Below are positions 30,262 through 37,987 of a stretch of DNA of 64,000 bases, one piece after another. The stretch covers positions 242 to 64,241 of the forward strand of contig JAIDUT010000058.1 of NCBI GenBank assembly GCA_029060065.1, in the 5' to 3' direction. Below the pieces are notes generated by a model that saw only the letters and a program-made list of their open reading frames with translations, was not told the DNA's origin and did no database searches. Source of the DNA: Clostridia bacterium (GTDB lineage: Bacteria; Bacillota; Clostridia; Christensenellales; UBA3700). Position numbers and translations under genes: made by a program. How positions within the stretch are numbered: position 1 is the first letter of the stretch; each line of letters opens with the position of its first letter.

Positions 30262-30335
30262 TGGAGCAGGTGACGGGAATCGGACCCGCGCTGACGGCTT
30301 GGGAAGCCGTAGTTCTACCATTGAACTACACCTGC
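30262..30335 (-). tRNA. tRNA-Gly (anticodon CCC), CCA-encoded
   Basis: The reverse complement GCAGGTGTAGTTCAATGGTAGAACTACGGCTTCCCAAGCCGTCAGCGCGGGTCCGATTCCCGTCACCTGCTCCA folds as a cloverleaf with anticodon loop TTCCCAA. The T-loop reads TCCGATT, with C at position 55. Confidence 0.9.
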
Positions 30336-30427
30336 AATATAATTAATTACCTCTATAATAGTTCAATAACATTATCTTGTCAAGTCAAAACAAAATTTAT
30401 TACGCGAATATTGCCTCAGAATCTTTT

Positions 30428-31138
30428 CTAATTATTGTTTAATTTATCAAATACGCTTTGCGCCAAAAGTTTGCTTCCTTTGACGTTTGGGTGAACTCCG
30501 TCTGAGAATAACTCTTTTTTTCCATCAAATATTGTATTGACGTCAATACAGTCTACGCCTTTTTCTTGCGCAAGATTTTTTATAGCAGGAACTATTTCGC
30601 TTTCGACGACAGACTTCCTCAAATTATATAATACCTTTCCTCCCACTTCAAATAAAGGCGGTGGCGTAAGAATATATACTTTAGGCGCGCTTTCAAGCGA
30701 TAAATAACTATCTATAATCTCTCCGTAATCATTGACAAATTTATCTCTGTCCCAGTTATTTTCCTTAGTATCGTTCGTCCCAAGAAGGATAACAACAATA
30801 TTCGGCTTAAAATCTAAACTCTGTTTATAGACCTTTTCGTTTACAATGGGAAAATCTCCGCTTTTAATGGCAGTCCTGTTGGTGTAACCGAAATTATTAA
30901 CACAATAATTTTCTCCTAAAAGTCTATTCAGAATTGCCGGATAGTTATTTTTGCGCCGATTTCTGACAAAAAATCCATATGTAATGCTGTCCCCAACGCA
31001 GGCAATGCGAATTTGATTGTCTTTAGCTCTCTTCATAGGATGATAAAAAGATATCATGCCAAAATGATATATTATCAAAATGATTATGCCCGCCAAAACC
31101 AATAAGGCTATTGAAATTATTATTCCTATCATAAACAC
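30428..31138 (-). CDS. SGNH/GDSL-family hydrolase with an N-terminal TM anchor
   Basis: Block I is CVGDSITYG, a GTND block is present, and the DGVHPN catalytic block is near the C-terminus. Confidence 0.85.
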   Translation of the reverse strand: MFMIGIIISIALLVLAGIIILIIYHFGMISFYHPMKRAKDNQIRIACVGDSITYGFFVRNRRKNNYPAILNRLLGENYCVNNFGYTNRTAIKSGDFPIVNEKVYKQSLDFKPNIVVILLGTNDTKENNWDRDKFVNDYGEIIDSYLSLESAPKVYILTPPPLFEVGGKVLYNLRKSVVESEIVPAIKNLAQEKGVDCIDVNTIFDGKKELFSDGVHPNVKGSKLLAQSVFDKLNNN

Positions 31139-31286
31139 CTCTTTTTATTTATTTTAGCACATACATAAAAATATTTACAATAAAAAATACGAACCAATTA
31201 AAAGCGTTGGCGCAACTTGCAAAAAGCTCAAACACTATTACGTATTTGAGCTTTAATGATTGTGGTAACAAAACTACATTTTTGTT

Positions 31287-31556
31287 CTAACCTTCGTAAC
31301 GGTCAAGATTGGCGCGAATTGCTTCAATGAGGCGTTTCTCTGCCGAAGTCTTTTTGTCTTTTGCAACTTTCGTGCAAACAGACGTGCCATAGAGTTTTGC
31401 AAGGTCGTCTACGAGATTCTTAAGATGTACAGTGTCAAGGATGTTTTCCGAACCGCAAAGTTCTTCTCCCATAGATGTTGTTACGGGCGCTTGCGTAGGC
31501 TCTGTTGTTACCGGTACCTCTGTAGGCGTTGCTGTGTTCGTGATGTTCTTTTCCAT
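31287..31556 (-). CDS. Hypothetical small protein
   Basis: An AGGAG RBS is present. The 89-aa product has a Thr/Pro-rich N-terminus. I recognise no motif. Confidence 0.5.
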   Translation of the reverse strand: MEKNITNTATPTEVPVTTEPTQAPVTTSMGEELCGSENILDTVHLKNLVDDLAKLYGTSVCTKVAKDKKTSAEKRLIEAIRANLDRYEG

Positions 31557-31751
31557 AGAAATAATCTCCTATTTTATATATTCTTTGTCCCAACCAACGG
31601 TTGAGTTATTATATAATACGTCTAAATCATCTTAAAAATGCATAATTTTTGCGTAAAATTTTATATTACATGTGCGTTTAATATACGATGTCAATACCTG
31701 TCGTCTATGTCTGCAAACATTATACGCTTACTAAAAATTCATAAATAAGAA

Positions 31752-31830
31752 AAAAGTGAGATGTAATCACCTCACTTTCTATTAATCGCCAAGAGCGACT
31801 TCTTGGCTGTGGCGGAAGCGGAGGGATTCG
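31752..31830. repeat. Duplicate of the tRNA-Ser 3' end (22 nt including CCA) plus its downstream terminator hairpin (att-like scar)
   Basis: The ~79 bp at 31752-31830 match 33187-33266 with a few mismatches. The match stops inside the T-arm at GGGATTCG. Confidence 0.85.
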
Positions 31831-31897
31831 TAAGAAGCGTAGCGACAGAATAACGAGCCCGCGAGCGTAACTATTTCGGCGTCCCGACTCTGAAGCC
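31823..31897. repeat. Imperfect ~75-bp repeat, copy 1 (starts GGGATTCGTAAGAAGCGTAGCGAC)
   Basis: It aligns with 33078-33152 at roughly three quarters identity by eye. It is fused directly to the tRNA-Ser 3' fragment through the shared GGGATTCG. Confidence 0.7.
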
Positions 31898-31966
31898 GTG
31901 TAAAAGACTTGCCTTAGTCAAGAGTCGAGAAAACGTCAGACTTCATTATTCATACTATAGATAAAA

Positions 31967-32683
31967 TCAGCAACTACTTTTATAATCAATATTTGCTAAT
32001 TTTGCTTGCTTACACAAGTCTTTTGTTTGTATTTTATATTGTTTTCCATCTTTTAACGTATAAGTTCCACATTGTCTAAACTCAAAATCAACCTTTTTTC
32101 TCACACATTGTTCTCTAACATCTAATGCCCAGTCGTAATTAAATACTCTTGCATTTATATCAGATTCTCCGCCTACTACGACTAATTCAATATCGTCAAG
32201 ATATTTTTCAATATCTATTTTCTCTAACAATGGTTGCGCTGTAATACATTTATGTTTTATAGGCAAATCCTTAAATATTGATAATTTATAATCTGCATTT
32301 TTTTGATTTTCAACAGTACAACATACAACCACGTTATCATATCCATCATTCCAATCATTTGGAATACAGTTTATAAATCTTTCTATTCTTTTGGTCAGAA
32401 ACAAAAAAGTACAGTCTTGCCGTTCTCTAATCATTTGCCAACATTCATTTCTCCACTCATCTGCTTCTTCAATAAGAAAATCTGTAGAAAAACATAAATA
32501 GACAATTCCCGATTTCATTTTATAATTGCCATTTTTTAATTTTTCTATCGGTTTTTCAAAGTCTTTTGTCTTTATAATGATATTGGTGTTTATATTCCTT
32601 TTTTTATCTCCTTTATGGATATAGCAATGCAAACAACCTTCGCTACATTTTCTACATCCTCGCCACGGATTCCACATTGCCAT
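31967..32683 (-). CDS. DUF5131 (phage Gp37/Gp68) family protein
   Basis: The N-terminus is MAMWNPWRGCRKCSEGCLHCY (the WNPxxGC..S.GC..CY signature). A GGAG RBS precedes the ATG at 32683. Confidence 0.8.
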   Translation of the reverse strand: MAMWNPWRGCRKCSEGCLHCYIHKGDKKRNINTNIIIKTKDFEKPIEKLKNGNYKMKSGIVYLCFSTDFLIEEADEWRNECWQMIRERQDCTFLFLTKRIERFINCIPNDWNDGYDNVVVCCTVENQKNADYKLSIFKDLPIKHKCITAQPLLEKIDIEKYLDDIELVVVGGESDINARVFNYDWALDVREQCVRKKVDFEFRQCGTYTLKDGKQYKIQTKDLCKQAKLANIDYKSSC

Positions 32684-32769
32684 ATCATTTGCTCCCAAAA
32701 TCTTAATTCTTACTAGTTATCTTGAAATTTGTTGATTCATTATACTCACGGATTTATCTAATTTCTAAA

Positions 32770-32976
32770 TCAGTTCTTTACACTTTCATTTTCACCCAGA
32801 ATATTATATTTTTCTGTTGTATCAAGAACCACGTCGCAAAAACCGAGTGCTTCATAAGATTAATATGCCGGAAGATTATTCTCAAAAACACCCAATGATA
32901 CTTTATTTGCTCCATATAGTTAAGATGCAAATTTTAAGACTAAACTGAGCATAGCTTTTCCATATATTCTAATCAT
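32770..32976 (-). pseudogene. GNAT acetyltransferase remnant (N-terminally truncated, two in-frame TAA stops)
   Basis: The minus frame reads GKAMLSLVLKFAS*LYGANKVSLGVFENNLPAY*SYEALGFCDV, which is GNAT motif A/B interrupted by stops. Confidence 0.7.
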
Positions 32977-33077
32977 ATGTTTGTCTCAAAAATTACTTTT
33001 TATCGCACAAATAATTATAGCGTATTTAATAAACAAATGCAAGTGTAAATCCATACGACGCCATATACAAAAGTTAA

Positions 33078-33152
33078 GGGATTCGCAAGGAGCGTAGCGA
33101 CGGAATAGCGAGCTTGCGAGCGTCAATATTTCGATAACCCGATACTGTAACT
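33078..33152. repeat. Imperfect ~75-bp repeat, copy 2 (starts GGGATTCGCAAGGAGCGTAGCGAC)
   Basis: See 31823-31897. Confidence 0.7.
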
Positions 33153-33186
33153 ACAAAAAGAAGTCGCAAAAAAGCTGAGTGATAGA

Positions 33187-33266
33187 AAAAGTGAGGTGCA
33201 AAACACCTCACTTTCTATTACTCGCCAAGAGCGACTTCTTGGCTGTGGCGGAAGCGGAGGGATTCG
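33187..33266. repeat. Terminator hairpin plus tRNA-Ser 3' end (the copy that is part of the intact gene)
   Basis: It matches 31752-31830. Confidence 0.85.
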
Positions 33267-33336
33267 AACCCTCGAGCCGATTACTCGGCTACTTGATTTC
33301 GAGTCAAGCCCGTTATGACCACTTCGATACGCTTCC
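33246..33336 (-). tRNA. tRNA-Ser (anticodon CGA), CCA-encoded, long variable arm
   Basis: The reverse complement is GGAAGCGTATCGAAGTGGTCATAACGGGCTTGACTCGAAATCAAGTAGCCGAGTAATCGGCTCGAGGGTTCGAATCCCTCCGCTTCCGCCA. The anticodon loop is CTCGAAA and the T-loop TTCGAAT. Confidence 0.93.
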
Positions 33337-33623
33337 GTATGGCATTAAGTTTAACGCATAAACTTCTTTTTGGCAAGCGAAATCAACTCATTTTCCAAAA
33401 ATGGCGTAAATTACAAGCTTACAGCTGACAAAATCAAAAATGAAATAATAATTTTACCACCCACTAATTACTTTATTGTACATAAAAACTCATATCATCT
33501 TGTTTTAAACAATATATGTCCTATTTTTTGGACAATTACCGATAATGCAGATTATTTTGACAAATTTTGTATTGATTTAGACATAAATGTATGCTAGACT
33601 TTGATTGTAAGTAAAATTTGGCA

Positions 33624-33697
33624 GAAAAAAAGCCACATCTACCTGTGGCACTTTTTAGTTTAGAATTTATTTTAACTATACCTAGCAATTCGTACTT
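33624..33697 (-). ncRNA. tracrRNA: Predicted tracrRNA (trans-activating CRISPR RNA)
   Basis: The minus strand reads AAGUACGAAUUGCUAGGUAUAGUUAAAAUAAAUUCUAAACUAAAAAGUGCCACAGGUAGAUGUGGCUUUUUUU. AGUACGAAUUGCUAG is a perfect 15-nt complement of repeat positions 12-26, and GUUAAAAU pairs with repeat GUUUUAGU across a bulge. The 3' end is a hairpin followed by U7. A near-consensus promoter lies just upstream. Confidence 0.8.
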
Positions 33698-33699
33698 AC

Positions 33700-33728
33700 A
33701 ATATATCACACATAGGAGTTGTTGTCAA
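33700..33728 (-). promoter_or_regulatory. Candidate tracrRNA promoter (TTGACA, 17 nt, TGnTATATT)
   Basis: On the minus strand the -35 TTGACA is at 33728-33723 and the extended -10 TGaTATATT ends at 33700. The -35 box overlaps the first base of the cas9 ATG. Confidence 0.6.
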
Positions 33729-36700
33729 TGGAAAATGTAAAAAAAATCGGAAATTATTCAATAGGAATAGATATCGGTACTAATAGCGCTGGTTGGGCGG
33801 TGATGAACGATGATTATACTCTCCTTAGAGTAAACCATAAAAATCTATGGGGCGTAAACCTTTTCGACGAAGGTATGCCCGCACAGGATAGACGAGCAAA
33901 GCGTACCGCTCGCAGGCGTCTTGTACGACGCAAACAACGTATCGCTACCCTACGAAAACTAATGGAAAGCGATGTATTAAAAGCCGACGAGTCATTCTTC
34001 ATCAGAATGGACCAAAGTTATTTGCATAAAAACGACGACTTCGGTAGAGAATGTAAATATAATCTTTTCGCGGACAAGCTCTACACTGACAAAGAGTTTT
34101 ACACGCAGTATCCGACGATTTATCATCTAAAAAAGGCATTGTTAGAGAGCTATGAAAAGTTTGATATCCGCCTAGTATATTTGGCAATTCACCACATAAT
34201 AAAATACAGAGGCAACTTCTTGTATGAAGGCGACGCCGAAGGATTCAAGGGTTATGACGTCGAGTATATCAAAAACTGTTTCGACGAATTAGATGACAGC
34301 GCAATATATATTGACAAAATAAACGACGTTGAAAAAATACTTCTTGACGACTCCAAAAAACGTAAAGAAAAAGTAGAAAGCATCAAAAGTTTGTTTAGCT
34401 CTAAAGAAGAACAAGCCTACGCCGAACAATTTGCCAATGCCGTCCTTGGACTAAAGTTTAATCTCGGCGTTGTATTAGGTAACCGTGATGATATAAAGAA
34501 TGAGAACGGCAAACCTTTGACGATTAGTTTTTCTGACGCGAGTTATGAAGAAAAAGCCGATGATTATATCAACCTAGCATCTGACGATGCTCCCCTACTC
34601 GGTGCGCTGTACACACTTTACTATTCTCTAACGTTCAAGGAGATACTCGGCAATAACGACTATATCTCCTATGCTATGTGCGATAAATATGATATACACC
34701 ATAGAGATCTCTATGACATAAAGGGCTTGATGAAGGAATACTGCGACGAGAAATCGTACGCGCAATTCTTCACTTCAAAGGAAAGCAAGGCTAAAGATTA
34801 TATATGCTATTACAATTATATTCATAGAATAAACAAGCTAAAAGCAAATAATAAGACTCCCAACGAAGTCTTTGTCGACGAAATCTTTAAGTTACTTGAA
34901 AAGACGTCGCGAATACAAGAACTTCAAGACGATGAGAGGTATATGCGACTAAAGGCAATTCATCAAAACAATTTGAGGGAGATTTTACCTAAGCTAAACT
35001 CTAAGGTCAATGCGACTATTCCCTATCAAATGAATTATAAAGAGCTAAAAATCATTCTTGAAAAACAAAGTAAGTACTACCCTTCGCTTAAAGAAAACAA
35101 AGATAAGATTATCTCACTGCTGACATTTAGACGTCCATACTACGTAGGCGTACTAAATAAAAATAGTAAATTCAGCTGGTACGACAAGGACATTGACGGC
35201 AAAGTCGAGCCGTGGAATTTTAACGATAAGATTGACCTTGGTTACGCGCAAGAAAGATTTATAGAGAACTTGACTAACAACTGTTCCGTATTCCTTGAAG
35301 AGCCCGTCTTACCGCTCAATTCTTTCCTCTATAGCGAGTATATGGCGCTTGACGAACTCAACAAAATTAAAGTAAATGGCAAACTTCTCTCGCCTTCCGT
35401 CAAAAAACAACTCTTTACGGATTTGTTCTGTTCGGCAAACGCAAAGGCGAAAGTCACCAATAGCGATATCGCAGAATGGTTGAATAAGAATGAAAATCTC
35501 AAGTTGAGCAAGTCGGATATAACAGGTCTCCACGAGGACGACCACTTAGCAAATATCTACAAGCCGTACAGGGATTTTAAGAGAATCTTAGGCGACAATT
35601 TTAGCGAAAAGAATATCCAAGATATTTACGAAGAAATCGTAAAAATACTTACAATATTCGACGTCAATGATAAGCAGACGAGAATGGAAAGAATTGAAAA
35701 GGCGCTCGATAAAGATAAAACTAACGCCGTAAGCCAAAATCAGATTATGGCTCTTGCTAAACTCAACTACAACGGTTGGGGACGGTTCTCCAAAAAGGTA
35801 CTCAACGGAATCTACAGCAAAGAAGATAATCGTCGCACTGTTATCCAAGTAATGAGAGATACCGTTAAAAACTTTATGGAAATTACTGCAACTAAGAACA
35901 GCCCATACGGTTTCTACGAGCAAATGCAACCGCAAAAGCAAGACATCGAGAACTTCTACGCCGATTGCATTGAAAACAGTTACTGCTCGCCTGCCGTAAA
36001 GAAATCCACCAATCAAGCTATAAAACTCATAAAAGAGATTATCAAAATAGTCGGTCATGCTCCATCGGCTGTTTATCTCGAAAGCGCAAGCGGTGAGGAA
36101 TTAAATAAGAAAGGCAAGAGAACAAAATCCAAAGCCGATACCCTCAAAGAACTTTACGACAAAGTAACAAAGTCTGCGCGCGACGAAGATTATGAAAGGA
36201 CTAAGATAGAACTTAAAACTCGCATAGATGACGAAAAGGCAAGAAACGTCAAGTCCAACGAATCTGCCTTCAATAAAGAAAAACTATATCTATACTTCAC
36301 ACAACTTGGCAAATGTATGTACAGTGGCGATTCGCTCGACGTAAGCCAGCTGGATAAGTACGAAGTCGACCATATTATTCCGCAATCTCTCATAAAGGAC
36401 GACAGCAGAGATAATAAGGTACTCGTCAAAAAGATTGAAAACCAAAACAAAACCGATAATCTAACTCTGAGCAAGGACGTCATTGCTAGAATGACCGCCA
36501 CTTGGAAAAAACTGCTCAGGATGAATTTCATCAGCAAGAAAAAGTTTTACGCTCTCACGAGAGAGAATTTTGACGAGAGAGATATAGAGCAATTCATAGA
36601 GCGCCAACTCGTGGAAACTCGACAGACTGTTAAAGTCGTGGGAGATATCGTCAAGTTGCTTCCTGAACTCGATGGTTGCGATGTCGTAAAAGTACCGGCT

Positions 36701-37987
36701 AAATCTTGCAATAACTTAAAATCTGCACTAGGCTACTTCAAGGTAAGAGAGCTCAACGACTATCATCATGCTAAAGACGCGTATATCGCCTGCGTATTCG
36801 GTAGATTTGCGCAAAATACAGTAAGTAAAAACAACGGTGGCTTTAGACAGCTCTATCGCAAAGGCATACAGATGAGCCTTAATGACGGAGGTAGAGGCAA
36901 GTCGCAAAAACTACGCCACGGCTTGGTCGTAAATATGATGAATCTGAGATTCGGCTCTATTCTCAGAACCGCCAACGAAGAGTATGACGAGAAAGGCAAT
37001 CTCTTACGCCAAGAATTGCAAATGCTCTCCCCCGATGGTGAGATAATATGGTCGTCCACGTACCGCGAAAACGTTTTAAGAACACTCAACTACAACGACT
37101 GTCTATTGACAAAAAAGATTGAAGAAGAGGCAAATTCGGATTTCTATGACCAAACAATTTACGGAAAGAATAGCTCTAAGTCTAATTTGATTCCACGCAA
37201 AATGGCAGTAAATAAGTTCGGCAAAAAAGTCGACTTACCACCTCAGCAATACGGCGGATATAGTTCTATTAGTTCCGCGTACGCTATAGCAATAGAATAC
37301 AAAAAAGGTAAAAAATACGAGAGAAAAATTGTCAATATTCCTCTCCTCAACGTATATAAAAATAACGTCGACGAGTACCTAAAGCACAACTACGGCGAGT
37401 ACACCGTTCTAAAAGACAAGATATGCAAAAATCAAATGCTTATCTATAAAGGACAACTATGTTACTATATATCGGAGTCGGAACTCAATAACGCTACGCA
37501 AATCAAAGGCAAACAATATTGGCAAGAAGCATTAAGTAAGATTGCAAAAGCTAATGAGAGAAAGACGTGGCTGTGTAAAGATAATATGACGGACGAAGAA
37601 TACACTAAAATAAACAGGCAAATGCGAGCATTCGTAAACGACTTCCTAGACCAACTCGGAAAAAAATATTTTGCGCTCTACAACGATATAGCAAAAAATA
37701 TAAAGGAAGGCTTCGTCGATAAAGGAGGCTTTGATGCATTGTCTTTTGAGCTTAAGCAATCGTTTATATTTGAATTACTGAAGATTACATCTACAGCGGG
37801 CAGGACAGATAAACTCAAAGATTATATAGTTACCGTTGACGGCGAGACTCTTACGATTAAAGGGGCGAGTTTAGGCAGGCTTACCCAAAAACTCAACCTT
37901 GACGATATAACTTTCGTCAACCGTTCTATTACCGGGTTCTGGGAAAAGAAAATTCCCGCTAGCCAGCTCCGAAAGGATAAGAAATAA
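33728..37987 (+). CDS. cas9: CRISPR-associated endonuclease Cas9 (type II-A), 1419 aa from the ATG at 33728
   Basis: RuvC-I is IGIDIGTNSAGWAV (Asp codon at 33770-33772). The Arg-rich bridge helix is RRAKRTARRRLVRRKQRI. RuvC-II is VYLESA (Glu at 36080-36082). HNH is YEVDHIIPQS...DNKVLV (His at 36371-36373). RuvC-III is NDYHHAKDAYI (36764-36778). An AGGAG RBS lies 9 nt upstream. Confidence 0.97.
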   Translation: MENVKKIGNYSIGIDIGTNSAGWAVMNDDYTLLRVNHKNLWGVNLFDEGMPAQDRRAKRTARRRLVRRKQRIATLRKLMESDVLKADESFFIRMDQSYLHKNDDFGRECKYNLFADKLYTDKEFYTQYPTIYHLKKALLESYEKFDIRLVYLAIHHIIKYRGNFLYEGDAEGFKGYDVEYIKNCFDELDDSAIYIDKINDVEKILLDDSKKRKEKVESIKSLFSSKEEQAYAEQFANAVLGLKFNLGVVLGNRDDIKNENGKPLTISFSDASYEEKADDYINLASDDAPLLGALYTLYYSLTFKEILGNNDYISYAMCDKYDIHHRDLYDIKGLMKEYCDEKSYAQFFTSKESKAKDYICYYNYIHRINKLKANNKTPNEVFVDEIFKLLEKTSRIQELQDDERYMRLKAIHQNNLREILPKLNSKVNATIPYQMNYKELKIILEKQSKYYPSLKENKDKIISLLTFRRPYYVGVLNKNSKFSWYDKDIDGKVEPWNFNDKIDLGYAQERFIENLTNNCSVFLEEPVLPLNSFLYSEYMALDELNKIKVNGKLLSPSVKKQLFTDLFCSANAKAKVTNSDIAEWLNKNENLKLSKSDITGLHEDDHLANIYKPYRDFKRILGDNFSEKNIQDIYEEIVKILTIFDVNDKQTRMERIEKALDKDKTNAVSQNQIMALAKLNYNGWGRFSKKVLNGIYSKEDNRRTVIQVMRDTVKNFMEITATKNSPYGFYEQMQPQKQDIENFYADCIENSYCSPAVKKSTNQAIKLIKEIIKIVGHAPSAVYLESASGEELNKKGKRTKSKADTLKELYDKVTKSARDEDYERTKIELKTRIDDEKARNVKSNESAFNKEKLYLYFTQLGKCMYSGDSLDVSQLDKYEVDHIIPQSLIKDDSRDNKVLVKKIENQNKTDNLTLSKDVIARMTATWKKLLRMNFISKKKFYALTRENFDERDIEQFIERQLVETRQTVKVVGDIVKLLPELDGCDVVKVPAKSCNNLKSALGYFKVRELNDYHHAKDAYIACVFGRFAQNTVSKNNGGFRQLYRKGIQMSLNDGGRGKSQKLRHGLVVNMMNLRFGSILRTANEEYDEKGNLLRQELQMLSPDGEIIWSSTYRENVLRTLNYNDCLLTKKIEEEANSDFYDQTIYGKNSSKSNLIPRKMAVNKFGKKVDLPPQQYGGYSSISSAYAIAIEYKKGKKYERKIVNIPLLNVYKNNVDEYLKHNYGEYTVLKDKICKNQMLIYKGQLCYYISESELNNATQIKGKQYWQEALSKIAKANERKTWLCKDNMTDEEYTKINRQMRAFVNDFLDQLGKKYFALYNDIAKNIKEGFVDKGGFDALSFELKQSFIFELLKITSTAGRTDKLKDYIVTVDGETLTIKGASLGRLTQKLNLDDITFVNRSITGFWEKKIPASQLRKDKK

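Noticed and set aside
33179-33361. A 60-aa plus-strand ORF.
   Set aside because: It overlaps the tRNA-Ser gene and its terminator. It has no RBS and is spurious.
33370-33597. A 75-aa ORF between tRNA-Ser and the tracrRNA. I considered it as a possible small Cas accessory or anti-CRISPR gene.
   Set aside because: It has a TTG start with no Shine-Dalgarno, a very AT-rich Ile/Asn/Lys-biased composition typical of non-coding DNA, and no recognisable motif. The region more likely holds the cas9 promoter.
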